Of a stretch of DNA of 64,000 bases, positions 1 to 9,409 are shown in pieces (position 1 is the first letter of the stretch; every line of letters starts with the position of its first letter). The position numbers and the translations under genes are program-made. This DNA comes from a virus, in the IMG/VR virus record IMGVR_UViG_3300034418_012737, positions 15,955 to 79,954 of that record; one strand, given 5' to 3'. Below the pieces are notes generated by a model. The model saw nothing but the letters and a program-made list of their open reading frames with translations. It was not told where the DNA came from and ran no database searches.

Positions 1-1129
1 AAGTATTTAATCCTGTTAAAGTATTAGCAGGGATATTAGCCCCAACCCCTCCCCCAGTAAGGTATCTTACAGTTAAAGTAGTATTTGAAGGAGCAATACC
101 ATAAGTTTTAGTGTATAAAAAATTAGAAGGATCATAAGCTGTAGTAAGCTTATTTCTAGTAACAGGAAGTCCTATACCTACATTTTCAGGGTTAGGAGTA
201 ATTTCTTCATCAAAGTCTTGAGTAGTACCTGCTCCAAATTGAAGTTGGAGGGTAGCAGATCCACTATTTAGATTATTGTTACTTACAAATCTTGAAACAA
301 ATCTTCTAGGAACTTTTTCTAAACTTAAAATATAGGGAACTTCACTATAATCAGATTGAGCATTAATGTCATTAGGAAAAGGATTAGTATTTTTAATTGT
401 ATTAAAAATTGTTTCTTGAGCTAGATAATCTACCTCTTTCCATTCATTCCCATCTGAATCATACACATCCAGGATTCCTATAAGATTTTGGTCTTGAATT
501 TCAAAAGTAGAAAATCTTTCTGGTTCCCCCGCCGAGAAATTAATACTAGCTATAGTTGCAGAGTACGCCTCTACTGTTTTTTTAAGTAAAAAACTTTGAG
601 GTGTATCACCTTCAATGGCATACACAGATACAATTGTAGGATCTAAAGAACTAGATTGACTAAAATCAACTACATTTTGTGTAATAAAATTTATATTAGA
701 TTCACCATCTGTTGTGATGCTAGTATTCTCAGGTATTATTAAGGAATAACTAAAATCAGGAATATCCCTACCTAGGGTAGGATTATATATTGCTGGAACT
801 ATTTGGAATATTTCAACTTCTGTAGTTGAAGGAGTGCTAACACTGGGTTTATACCCCATCATATAAGCTAAAGCATATAAATTATTTAATTGTTTAGCAT
901 ACTGTGTAAAATTTTCTTGAATTTGGTTATCTGTATAGAAGGCCATAATGTCTCCTACATAAGAAGCCATTTCTATAAACATAGTGCTAGGAGAAGCAGG
1001 ACTAAAATCTGTTACAGTATTAGGGAAATAAGTTTTAGCAAATTCTATCAGATTTGCTCTTAATTCTGTAAAGTCTCTATTTACATACTTAATATCCCTA
1101 TTAATTTTATTTTGGTTATTGTATCTCAT
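1..1129 (-). CDS. Baseplate wedge subunit, T4 gp6-like (runs off the left edge)
   Basis: Manual translation from ATG at 1129: MRYNNQNKINRDIKYVNRDFTELRANLIEFAKTYFPNTVTDFSPASPSTMFIEMASYVGD, a typical gp6 N-terminus; TAATG overlap with the gp25-like gene. Confidence 0.85.
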   Translation of the reverse strand, partial: MRYNNQNKINRDIKYVNRDFTELRANLIEFAKTYFPNTVTDFSPASPSTMFIEMASYVGDIMAFYTDNQIQENFTQYAKQLNNLYALAYMMGYKPSVSTPSTTEVEIFQIVPAIYNPTLGRDIPDFSYSLIIPENTSITTDGESNINFITQNVVDFSQSSSLDPTIVSVYAIEGDTPQSFLLKKTVEAYSATIASINFSAGEPERFSTFEIQDQNLIGILDVYDSDGNEWKEVDYLAQETIFNTIKNTNPFPNDINAQSDYSEVPYILSLEKVPRRFVSRFVSNNNLNSGSATLQLQFGAGTTQDFDEEITPNPENVGIGLPVTRNKLTTAYDPSNFLYTKTYGIAPSNTTLTVRYLTGGGVGANIPANTLTGLNT

Positions 1130-1554
1130 TAAACAATAATATTAAATTCAACGAATTCATTTAAACTATTAAAAACCGAGTAAAATATTTGAATTGTAAC
1201 TGTATGATATTCAGTATCAGGGATTACATTTATAGAGGTAACTTTTATTTGGGGAAATATTAAACTTACTTCTTCTTGTATTTGTCCTTTTAAAGTAGAT
1301 ATATTAAAATCATCTATTTGTTCAAATACAAAATTATTTATTACACTCCCAAAATTAGGATTAAAAATTCTTTCTCCTTTCATATGTAAAAAATAATTAA
1401 TAAGATTATATTTAATCTGTTCAGCAGTAGTATAATTTACCTTAAATAAGGAATCAGAACCTGAAGTAGGGGAGGCTAGGAAAGGTAAAGCTAGTCCTAT
1501 CCCAGTACTTTCTTGAAAATCTAAAGCAGGTATGTTTCCTATTTTAATACTCAT
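1129..1554 (-). CDS. Baseplate wedge subunit, gp25/GPW family
   Basis: QIKYNLINY..KGERIFNPNFGS...FEQ motif; adjacent to gp6-like gene. Confidence 0.9.
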   Translation of the reverse strand: MSIKIGNIPALDFQESTGIGLALPFLASPTSGSDSLFKVNYTTAEQIKYNLINYFLHMKGERIFNPNFGSVINNFVFEQIDDFNISTLKGQIQEEVSLIFPQIKVTSINVIPDTEYHTVTIQIFYSVFNSLNEFVEFNIIV

Positions 1555-1892
1555 TTTTTACCCATTAAATTCATTATTTGATCCATAGAAACATTCCCGT
1601 CAGGAAGGCTTGATCCTTGAGAAGTTGTATCTACAGTTCTTATTTGTAGGGGCCTTTCAACATGTTGACTATTAAAAGCATTCCCCATATCTCCTAATAT
1701 GTTTTGGTATGCCGCTCTCTTTTCAGCGGAGCTCATAGAAGGCCCTTCAATTACTTGTTGTTTAGGTTGAACACTTTCAACTACAGCTTGTTTAGGAGCA
1801 CGAACTGCTTCAAGAAGGATGTCTTTTATTTCTTCTTGTATTGCTTCTTTAACTGCTTGTTTTATTATTTTTTTTAAAGCGTCTTGTTTCAT
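1551..1892 (-). CDS. Hypothetical protein, probably virion-associated
   Basis: LKKIIKQAVKEAIQEE amphipathic N-terminus; located in the structural cluster. Confidence 0.55.
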   Translation of the reverse strand: MKQDALKKIIKQAVKEAIQEEIKDILLEAVRAPKQAVVESVQPKQQVIEGPSMSSAEKRAAYQNILGDMGNAFNSQHVERPLQIRTVDTTSQGSSLPDGNVSMDQIMNLMGKK

Positions 1893-1908
1893 TAATTATA
1901 AATATTAT

Positions 1909-3111
1909 TTATTTTGCTTCTATATCTTCTATGTCAATTAAAAATTTTAATTCATTTATTAATACACTAGGGTCTGATGCAAAAGATGAATCACTAGTTA
2001 GTTGTACTTGCCCTTTAGTGTTTAAAGCAACTGCATATCTTAAGGGCCAAGGAGTAGTATTAGATTTATCAAATCTTATTTCAAATGTAAAACCTTTATA
2101 TTGATAAGAATTATTATTTACATCTTGTTCATTAATAGCTTCTAAAGTTTCTACCCCTAATTCATTTAAAAGATTATTAATATCTTGATAATTAGTACTT
2201 TCTTCCCCAGGTGAAAAGGTTCCTATAGGCAACCCCCCAGGGTTAAATGCTCCAGTACCAATACCTGTACCTGTACCTGTACCTGTACCTGTACCTGTAC
2301 CTGTACCTGTACCTGTACCTGTACCTGTACCTGTACCTGTACCTGTGCCTGTGCCTGTGCCTGTATTTATATCTATCCCAGTATTTCCCCCTATGCCTCC
2401 ATTTATATTTGCATTTGAAGCATTAGCACGTTCTTGTAGTACACTATTTTGGGCGCATACTAAAGTTAGTATATCTAAAAATTCTAGAGCATCTTGGATG
2501 TCCCCTATTATGTCACTTATAATATCCCCTACTTCTTTTATTCCACATCCTATCCTAGCAAATTGTTCTAGTAATTTTTTTAAATTCTCTAATATATCAC
2601 CTGCAAAATTTATAGCTCCTGTGGGGACAACAGCAGCAGGAATAGGGGCAAATTTAATAACTTTTAATACAACTTTTAAAGGAGGGGGAATTTTACTAAC
2701 AGTTTTACCTGTTTTAAGTAAGGTATTAACTTTATTTTCAATTTGTTCTAAACCCTTTGCAATATTATTTCTTTTTTTAATAATATTTTCCAACTCAGAT
2801 TTAGTAGGACATGATGTATTTAATTGGGTTAATATATCATCTCCATACTCTTGTCTAAGAGTATTTAATGTTATATTATTACCATATTTAGCTTTTAAAG
2901 CTTGGGGGTCTATGTTTTTTAAATTCCCAAAAGAATTTTTTAATCCTTCTATTTGATTTATAATCCTTTCTTTGATAACAAAAACTTGGGCAAGAATAGT
3001 TTGTACTAAAGTTGCTATGGGATTTGGGGCACAAGGATTGGTTAAAGCATCTAAAGCACCTGCTACTTCATCTCCTAATTTTTCTTTTATTTTATCCTTT
3101 AATTTACCCAT
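1909..3111 (-). CDS. Hypothetical baseplate-region protein with (Gly-Thr)n linker
   Basis: 400-aa ORF between baseplate genes; helical N-terminal half and a long TG repeat. Confidence 0.6.
   Translation of the reverse strand: MGKLKDKIKEKLGDEVAGALDALTNPCAPNPIATLVQTILAQVFVIKERIINQIEGLKNSFGNLKNIDPQALKAKYGNNITLNTLRQEYGDDILTQLNTSCPTKSELENIIKKRNNIAKGLEQIENKVNTLLKTGKTVSKIPPPLKVVLKVIKFAPIPAAVVPTGAINFAGDILENLKKLLEQFARIGCGIKEVGDIISDIIGDIQDALEFLDILTLVCAQNSVLQERANASNANINGGIGGNTGIDINTGTGTGTGTGTGTGTGTGTGTGTGTGTGTGTGTGIGTGAFNPGGLPIGTFSPGEESTNYQDINNLLNELGVETLEAINEQDVNNNSYQYKGFTFEIRFDKSNTTPWPLRYAVALNTKGQVQLTSDSSFASDPSVLINELKFLIDIEDIEAK
2263..2364. repeat. Hexamer tandem repeat (ACCTGT)14(GCCTGT)3 encoding poly(Thr-Gly)
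   Basis: Read directly from the sequence. Confidence 0.97.
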
Positions 3112-4364
3112 TATAAAGTTTTACAAATAGGAGATTTTATATATTCGTTTCTTAATTTAGTTACTTGGGTAGTTAAAGTTTGTTTAGCAGCAGTTGCAGA
3201 AGCATTTACAGGTATATTAGGAACCCCAGCAGGAAATCCTACAAGAGTTTCTAGGGTTCCTAATACTAAAATTAATTGATCTAAAACTGATACTAATACC
3301 TCGGTTGTTTTTCCCCCTAGTGCCACAGGTTCAGTTGCATTTTTACTTCCTAAGTAAATAGTGTGCAAACCTTGGGAATCCTTTTTAGCATTTAAATTAT
3401 TACAGTTTATAACAAATTTATCCTTAGAATCTATGTTAACTGTTCCTTGGGAATTTAAGTTTATAGATGTAGCAGAATTTATAAGAGTATGATCAGAATT
3501 AGAATTTAACACTAATCTACCAGAATTAATTACTACTTGTGAAGAATCAAATTCATTAATAAATTTAGGAGCGATATCATATGAACCATAACTAAAAGTA
3601 TTAGCTTCTAAGGGTACAGTTTGTTTAGTAGTTAAATATATAGAAGCACTATCACTCTGGATGTTTTCTTCTATAGTAATACCAGGATCTTGTGATTCTC
3701 CTTGTCCGCTTCTTATTATAACATTAGCGTATTCTCCTTTATTACTCCCAAGTTTTATAGAATTACCAAATCTTCCTTCTATCAAAACATCCCCTTCCTG
3801 AGGTTGGAGAGGATTAACCCCTGTAGTTTTTTTAAATGTTTTACCTAATGAAAATTCTGTAATTTTATTGGTAATTTTATTAGTGCTTCCTACTTCTGCT
3901 TGTTGTGGGGATTTTCCTAATTTTGAATAATAACTTTGAGGAACTAAATAGGGAGAACTATTTACATTAGTATTTTTCCATATGTTAATAGGGGGAAAAT
4001 AATAAAATATAGGAGAAATATTTTTTTGTTCCCAAGGATTAGCATTAGGGAGAATTATGGCAAATACTAGTTCTCCTATTAAAGGATAATGTTTTATGTT
4101 AGCAAAATAAGGATAAGCATATGAATAAAACTCTTCATTTTTAGCAGATGTTGTAATATTTTCGAATAAAATTGCCCCAATAGCATCCCACCCACCAGCA
4201 TTTTCAAAATCTTTATCTGATGGGGATAAAATTATGTCTTTAACCCTTAGTACTGCAAATCCTGAAGAGTTACTAAGGTTAGAAGGGTTTATGTTTTGTT
4301 TAGTAGAGGTACCAAATAAACTTCCCCCCATACTTGCAAATCCGTATTCCGCTTTCCCAGGCAT
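3111..4364 (-). CDS. Baseplate hub/spike protein, gp5-like
   Basis: YPLIGELV (OB-fold-like), EGDVLIEGRFGNSIKLGS and a beta-repeat C-terminal half; baseplate context. Confidence 0.6.
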   Translation of the reverse strand: MPGKAEYGFASMGGSLFGTSTKQNINPSNLSNSSGFAVLRVKDIILSPSDKDFENAGGWDAIGAILFENITTSAKNEEFYSYAYPYFANIKHYPLIGELVFAIILPNANPWEQKNISPIFYYFPPINIWKNTNVNSSPYLVPQSYYSKLGKSPQQAEVGSTNKITNKITEFSLGKTFKKTTGVNPLQPQEGDVLIEGRFGNSIKLGSNKGEYANVIIRSGQGESQDPGITIEENIQSDSASIYLTTKQTVPLEANTFSYGSYDIAPKFINEFDSSQVVINSGRLVLNSNSDHTLINSATSINLNSQGTVNIDSKDKFVINCNNLNAKKDSQGLHTIYLGSKNATEPVALGGKTTEVLVSVLDQLILVLGTLETLVGFPAGVPNIPVNASATAAKQTLTTQVTKLRNEYIKSPICKTL

Positions 4365-4702
4365 TATTTTTTATCTTTACCGAATTTTTTTATCTCTCCT
4401 AATAACTGCTCTTTTTCAGCATCTGTCATACCAAAACCCTCATCATCAGTATCATTTTGAACTGCTTTTTGGACAATATTTGCCATTTTAATAAGCTGTT
4501 CATCGTTCTTAACAGATATTTCGAGATATTCTTTAAGTAAAGGAACTACCAAGGTAGCATCCCCAATATCTTGAATAAGAGGTTTTAACTCAGAAATAAG
4601 AGTAGAAATTTGTTCTTCTTTTTTCTTTTGATTATTGTAAATTTCTTCAAGAAGATCAGAAAACTTTTTATTTCCAAATATACTTTTATCTAGCTGTCCC
4701 AT
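4364..4702 (-). CDS. Hypothetical helical protein
   Basis: Clean ORF preceded by ATATTTAT motif. Confidence 0.6.
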   Translation of the reverse strand: MGQLDKSIFGNKKFSDLLEEIYNNQKKKEEQISTLISELKPLIQDIGDATLVVPLLKEYLEISVKNDEQLIKMANIVQKAVQNDTDDEGFGMTDAEKEQLLGEIKKFGKDKK

Positions 4703-4719
4703 GACAATAAATATAAATA

Positions 4720-5445
4720 TTACTCAAAATTTGTGTATCCGTTTTCTAAATAAAAAATATAATGAGTTTTATAAATATCAAATAATTTATTAGCTATTTT
4801 AGTTATATGGGGAGTTTTAACATCTACCATTTCTCTAATGTAGATATAAAGAGCTTTTTTATTAAAAACATCTAAATTTTCCCTATGTTCAAAAATAGAA
4901 AGAATAGCATCTGCTACTTGAGCATCTCTTTGTTTAGGAAATAAATTTTCTAACTGAGAAGTACAATGTCCCACAAATTCATCAATAAAATCAGACAAAT
5001 GATCTTTTTCTAAGGGGTCATCTTCTAAGTCATATAAAAAATCTGAAGAGGGGACATTGTGGTATAATTCTTCAATTGGGGATTTATCTACTCTTTTTTT
5101 ATAGTTTTTAGTATTTTGTATAATTAAATACCGTTTAGCAATTGTCCCAAAGTATGAAAAAGCTTTAGCTCCCCGCTCAGGATTAAATAAATGAATTTTA
5201 TCTAATAAAAATGTAATAACCTCATGTTGAAGGTGTTCAATTTCATCTACCTCGGTATAATAAAATTTAAAAGTATGGATTATATTTTCCGTTAGTTTAA
5301 AAAAAGCGTAGTGGATCTCATCTCGATAGATCCTACTACGCTCTTCCGGGTCAATTGTATTATTATATTTTACTATAGCATCCTCTGTTGCTTGAGTAAA
5401 GTATTGATTTTTAGTTTTCTTTTTTCTTTTTCTTATTTCACTCAT
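4720..5445 (-). CDS. RNA polymerase sigma factor, T4 gp55-like
   Basis: Sigma region-2-like segment FKFYY...KIHLFNPERGAKAFSYFGTIAKRYLI, comparable to the gp55-family FDPEK..NPFAYFT motif. Confidence 0.7.
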   Translation of the reverse strand: MSEIRKRKKKTKNQYFTQATEDAIVKYNNTIDPEERSRIYRDEIHYAFFKLTENIIHTFKFYYTEVDEIEHLQHEVITFLLDKIHLFNPERGAKAFSYFGTIAKRYLIIQNTKNYKKRVDKSPIEELYHNVPSSDFLYDLEDDPLEKDHLSDFIDEFVGHCTSQLENLFPKQRDAQVADAILSIFEHRENLDVFNKKALYIYIREMVDVKTPHITKIANKLFDIYKTHYIFYLENGYTNFE

Positions 5446-5723
5446 AATTTATCTATCCTAAATTGGGATAGAATTCTCTGAAGTTCTTTTATTTGTTCAT
5501 ACATGAAGCCAATCTCGTCATCGCTTTTAAAGATTCCACGCTCGTCTATTTTTTTGAGCTTTTCATCAGAGATTTCTATAATTCGACTTAATTGATCCAA
5601 GTAAGTAATATACCCCGTAAGTATATCTTCTTGTTTTTCATTTTTACGTAAGAGGTTAAAGGTTGTGAATCCTAAGACCACAACCAAAACCCCTAATATA
5701 CTGATGACGATAGTTTCTATCAT
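5442..5723 (-). CDS. Small membrane protein with coiled coil
   Basis: N-terminal TM helix; FKSDDEIGF motif. Confidence 0.6.
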   Translation of the reverse strand: MIETIVISILGVLVVVLGFTTFNLLRKNEKQEDILTGYITYLDQLSRIIEISDEKLKKIDERGIFKSDDEIGFMYEQIKELQRILSQFRIDKL

Positions 5724-6490
5724 AATTTATCAAAGATATTTTTTAAATTCTCATTTTTAAGCTGAGAAAGTGCTTTATCTTTTGTTGATTTTTTGACTTC
5801 TTTCTGTAATGTAAAATTACCTTCCTGGGTAGGCACGGGATTTTTAAACTTAGGTAACCACTCACGCTCAAATTCAATACGGGCAGCCATCAGATCTGCT
5901 TGGTGTAGAATAAATGGAAGAGAAGTACGTGGCTTTTGTTCTGGTTGGAATGAGAATAGGTATTTTTTGTTGCCCTCATCATACAAACCATCATGTGTTT
6001 GAATAGCAACCATTTCATTAAAGCTATACCGAATCCCATGGGATTGGAGTAAAAACAAACCACGGTCTGGGACTGAAGCAAATGGAACTGCCTTGTTAAA
6101 CATGTAATCCTCTCCAAGTTTTTCCCGTCTCCACTTATCAGTTTGGGGGATGTATGATTCGTTTTCCTCATCACCCATTTTACCCAAATCATGGTTAATA
6201 GCGGAGAATACGAGTTCTTCTTCGGTAAAAGTAGACATGTCTGCCCCTTCATCAGCCCATAATCCCTGTTGTTTAATAGCACAACGAACAACTCGATTTA
6301 CGTGTTCAACATAACCACCTGGGAAAGCATTATGGTATTCTTTTTTATGAGCAGCAGGCATCATCATGATGCGGTCCTCATATTTCTCGTAAAACTCAAG
6401 AAGTTTTTCTCTGCGAGGTGATGAAATATAAGTTTCAATATTTTCGCAGAATTCATCCCAATTGGATTGAATCTGTTCAGCTGTAAGCAT
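5720..6490 (-). CDS. HD-domain phosphohydrolase (YhaM-like HD)
   Basis: HNAFPGGYVEH, HDLGK, HDG and LHQAD motifs. Confidence 0.85.
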   Translation of the reverse strand: MLTAEQIQSNWDEFCENIETYISSPRREKLLEFYEKYEDRIMMMPAAHKKEYHNAFPGGYVEHVNRVVRCAIKQQGLWADEGADMSTFTEEELVFSAINHDLGKMGDEENESYIPQTDKWRREKLGEDYMFNKAVPFASVPDRGLFLLQSHGIRYSFNEMVAIQTHDGLYDEGNKKYLFSFQPEQKPRTSLPFILHQADLMAARIEFEREWLPKFKNPVPTQEGNFTLQKEVKKSTKDKALSQLKNENLKNIFDKL

Positions 6491-6492
6491 AA

Positions 6493-6693
6493 TTAAACTT
6501 TGTTATATTCGTTAGGGGTACGAGGTTCTCTATCTACTACAGACTTTAAATCTTCAAGTATGTCATGGCATTCTTCTATAGCTCTGTACATTTCTTGAAT
6601 GTCACCTTGTCCTCTATTTACCCAAAATTTTAATTTTTTAAGACTAGCTTGCCCTGCTTCTAGTTTATTTTGAATGTGGTCTCTAAAATACAT
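6493..6693 (-). CDS. Hypothetical protein
   Basis: ORF in a tightly packed operon. Confidence 0.55.
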   Translation of the reverse strand: MYFRDHIQNKLEAGQASLKKLKFWVNRGQGDIQEMYRAIEECHDILEDLKSVVDREPRTPNEYNKV

Positions 6694-6716
6694 TTTTTTA
6701 ATATTTAATAACTAAG

Positions 6717-7175
6717 TTAAGTTAAAGATTTTACAAAATCAAGTTGTTTTTTAAGGAAAGCACACTTTTCATATTCTTCTTCATTTTCATAAAATTTAAT
6801 TGCAAGTGTATATGCTTCTTTTAATTTAGATGTGTTTTCTTCTTTAAGAAGTTTTTGATGGTATTTATCTTCTAAATCTATTTTTTTAATAAACCCATAA
6901 GCACGTGAATATAACATCCGTTCCCCTGCATACTCAATCTCATTAATTGCTAAGGAAGGGTCAGCTTGACTAAAAAAATCAACTAATTTTTTACCATAAG
7001 AAAGATGATTAATTATCAATTTCCAGAACATTTTAATAAAATACCTAGGATGGTTTTCATCTTCTATAGGAAGTGTTCTAGGGCTATAATAGTTATAGCT
7101 CCTCTGATTCCACCCCCAACTATTAGAAGAAGAATCTGGTGAGTCAAATGAGCCAAATATTTTATTTATATCCAA
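6717..7175 (-). CDS. Hypothetical protein with C-terminal UVR-like motif
   Basis: AIKFYENEEEYEKCAFLKKQL. Confidence 0.6.
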   Translation of the reverse strand: MDINKIFGSFDSPDSSSNSWGWNQRSYNYYSPRTLPIEDENHPRYFIKMFWKLIINHLSYGKKLVDFFSQADPSLAINEIEYAGERMLYSRAYGFIKKIDLEDKYHQKLLKEENTSKLKEAYTLAIKFYENEEEYEKCAFLKKQLDFVKSLT

Positions 7176-7374
7176 AATGTCTTTCTATAGTTTCAAGTAA
7201 ATCCTCAGCCTCCCCTAATTTGTTAATTGCTTTTTTAGCTTCTTCTAGGAAATGACCTGAAGTGTGTTCTCCTATACCTGCAGGGTTATCTAAAAGGGTC
7301 TCTAATGTAAGTAAAGCTTCCTGTTTATCCGCCTCCGCTTGTGTTTTTAAAGCCTTGATTAATCGTGGTTCCAT
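7162..7374 (-). CDS. Hypothetical protein
   Basis: NPAGIGEH motif in a helical hairpin, a pattern common in T4-like phage small proteins. Confidence 0.65.
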   Translation of the reverse strand: MEPRLIKALKTQAEADKQEALLTLETLLDNPAGIGEHTSGHFLEEAKKAINKLGEAEDLLETIERHFGYK

Positions 7375-7394
7375 GTTTATAAATATGTTATAGT

Positions 7395-7844
7395 TTATTT
7401 ACAATGATAATCTGCCGCTCTCGTGGCGATTTGTTTGTTGGGTTTGATATTAACTTTATAACCATATGATGTAGCCCACCCTTTAGCAGCTGAGACTAAT
7501 CTGTTACTCATGTAATATTCATCCTCATTGTAATCCATATCAATTTCAAATCTAAGGCCTGGGAATTCTTTAGATAATGGTTGTACTACTTGCATAGTAC
7601 GTTCTGTTTCTAACCATAAACGAGACCAATCATCTTTGATAGGAGGAAATATTTCTTTCCAATAAATGTAATGAACTCCTCTAAATGGATAACGATAAGC
7701 TATTGCTGTAACGTATATAATTTCTGATCCTACCCTTTGAGAATCGCTTCCAATATGGATTTCAACATGGGGTTCATTTTTCACCACATTTCTTGTATGA
7801 ATAATGGGGCTAACTTTTTTCCCATTTACTGTTCTAAAATTCAT
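7395..7844 (-). CDS. RNase H-like protein, YkuK/DUF458 family
   Basis: [22 protein letters not shown] and AAD motifs. Confidence 0.85.
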   Translation of the reverse strand: MNFRTVNGKKVSPIIHTRNVVKNEPHVEIHIGSDSQRVGSEIIYVTAIAYRYPFRGVHYIYWKEIFPPIKDDWSRLWLETERTMQVVQPLSKEFPGLRFEIDMDYNEDEYYMSNRLVSAAKGWATSYGYKVNIKPNKQIATRAADYHCK

Positions 7845-7845
7845 G

Positions 7846-7930
7846 CGGTGAGAGAGGGATTCGAACCCCCGTTACGTTTCCGTAAACTTGTTTTCAAGAC
7901 AAGCGCAATCGACCACTCTGCCATCTCACC
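7846..7930 (-). tRNA. tRNA-Ser(UGA)
   Basis: Cloverleaf GGTGAGA...TCTCACC-G; anticodon arm CTTGT-CTTGAAA-ACAAG; long variable arm; GGTTCGAATCC. Confidence 0.95.
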
Positions 7931-7942
7931 AAATTGCTACCC

Positions 7943-8161
7943 TTAACGGGCAGCAATTTCGGATTTGATCTGCTCCAAATCTCGAGCAAGATCACTATAG
8001 AGACTTTCAAAGTCACGATCAAGATCTCTATCTACTTCATCAAATGAGTCATCAACATCATCAATCGCTTCTTCAAGATCGCGAACACGATTGTAGAGGT
8101 TAAACATAACAGCGAACGTAGCAGCAAAAGCAGCTGCAATCAAATAAGGAATAAATTCCAT
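7943..8161 (-). CDS. Small membrane-anchored acidic protein
   Basis: N-terminal TM helix followed by an acidic coiled coil. Confidence 0.6.
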   Translation of the reverse strand: MEFIPYLIAAAFAATFAVMFNLYNRVRDLEEAIDDVDDSFDEVDRDLDRDFESLYSDLARDLEQIKSEIAAR

Positions 8162-8188
8162 AATAAAAAAAATTAAAAGGTTAAAAAA

Positions 8189-8353
8189 TTAAAGGATATC
8201 CCATTCATAAGCCGCTTGTGTATAAGCGGATCCCATACCAAGATGGGGGTTGTCTTTAATAAAGGCCATTGCGGTAGACCTAACTTCGGACCTCAAACCG
8301 TAAATTTCGGCTTGTTCAAGAATCATTTCAACAGTCATGCTTCTTTCCATCAT
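8189..8353 (-). CDS. Hypothetical protein (54 aa, not in the ORF track)
   Basis: MMERSMTVEMILEQAEIYGLRSEVRSTAMAF...AAYEWDIL, directly after a TTCGTATATTTA promoter core. Confidence 0.6.
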   Translation of the reverse strand: MMERSMTVEMILEQAEIYGLRSEVRSTAMAFIKDNPHLGMGSAYTQAAYEWDIL

Positions 8354-8440
8354 TTTCTAAATATACGAAAATTTTTTTAAAATTCAAAATTTTGTGATCC
8401 GGGGGAGGCAATTCCTCCCCCTTCACACAAACAACATGGC

Positions 8441-9274
8441 TTACGCTGCAAACTCCTTTGCAACGTCGTAAAGTTCTTGGTTAATCTTCAAGTCTTGCTT
8501 GAAGTTCTTGATTTGGCGAGCTTTGCGGAGCTTAACACCACTCACATACTCAAAATCACCTTCAATAACCTTCTCTTGAACGACATTAAACACGTTCCAA
8601 AGGTCATCACCCGCATCCTCTTTACGGACAGGGGCCAAGATTGCATCAAGATCAATCTTGTAAACATCTTCGATTTTTTGTCCTTCTTGGACTTTAAATC
8701 GAGTCGCAAGCGCCTTACGAGCAAGATCATACTTTTGCTCATTAGTAAGTTTGGTTTGCTTGAACTTATTCATGCTCTCAACAGTCAAGGGCAACTGCTC
8801 AACCATTTCGGTCATGGTTTCACGGAGGGTTTCAAAATCATAACCCATGTGGCGAATTTTCATTCGACCAAACTCTTGGTCGGCAATAACCAAACCATTA
8901 GAGCAAACCAAGCGGTACATACCTGCTTGGAAAGTAAATGAATTCTTACCATCGTGAGAATTCGTAAGGATGATTTGGGGATAAACCGTATCACCATCAT
9001 TACCTTCAACAACAATATCTGTGTTGCGGAAAGTAATCATATGCTTTTGAGTACCCTTGGTATGGGACTTACGAGCATTAACTTGTTGGGCACTAACAAC
9101 ACCCCATCCAAGTTTTTCCATATCTTCAATCACTCGGAAAGTGGGAATATGAGTGTAATGTGCTGAAACCTCCTTGCTGGGTTTCTCGGTAAATGCCGTA
9201 GGGCAATTTTTGCGAATTTGCTCTTGGCTCAGGAACTCCATGTTCTCTTCGTAGGTGGTCATCAAATCTTCCAT
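8441..9274 (-). CDS. DUF932/DUF945-family protein
   Basis: KHMITFR, IILTNSHDG..SF...AG.YRLVCSNGL and LWNVFNVVQE motifs. Confidence 0.85.
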   Translation of the reverse strand: MEDLMTTYEENMEFLSQEQIRKNCPTAFTEKPSKEVSAHYTHIPTFRVIEDMEKLGWGVVSAQQVNARKSHTKGTQKHMITFRNTDIVVEGNDGDTVYPQIILTNSHDGKNSFTFQAGMYRLVCSNGLVIADQEFGRMKIRHMGYDFETLRETMTEMVEQLPLTVESMNKFKQTKLTNEQKYDLARKALATRFKVQEGQKIEDVYKIDLDAILAPVRKEDAGDDLWNVFNVVQEKVIEGDFEYVSGVKLRKARQIKNFKQDLKINQELYDVAKEFAA

Positions 9275-9320
9275 GTTTAAAAAATTAATTTGTTTTTTCG
9301 CGTTTTTCTCGATGCCCGGA

Positions 9321-9382
9321 AGATACGAAAGGGATCCGGCGCCGCCAAATTTACTGCAAAGGAAGAATGACTTTTATATGAC
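9321..9382 (-). promoter_or_regulatory. Promoter cassette copy (boxes about 10 nt further upstream than in other copies)
   Basis: + strand ATGAC at 9367 and 9378, CCAAA and AGATACGAA; drives the DUF932 gene. Confidence 0.7.
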
Positions 9383-9383
9383 T

Positions 9384-9406
9384 AAAAAAGGGCCGAAGCC
9401 CTTTTT
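9384..9406 (-). terminator. Rho-independent terminator, possibly bidirectional
   Basis: Minus strand AAAAAGGGC-TTCG-GCCCTTTTTT with a UUCG tetraloop, after the sulfotransferase stop. Confidence 0.85.
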
Positions 9407-9409
9407 AAA

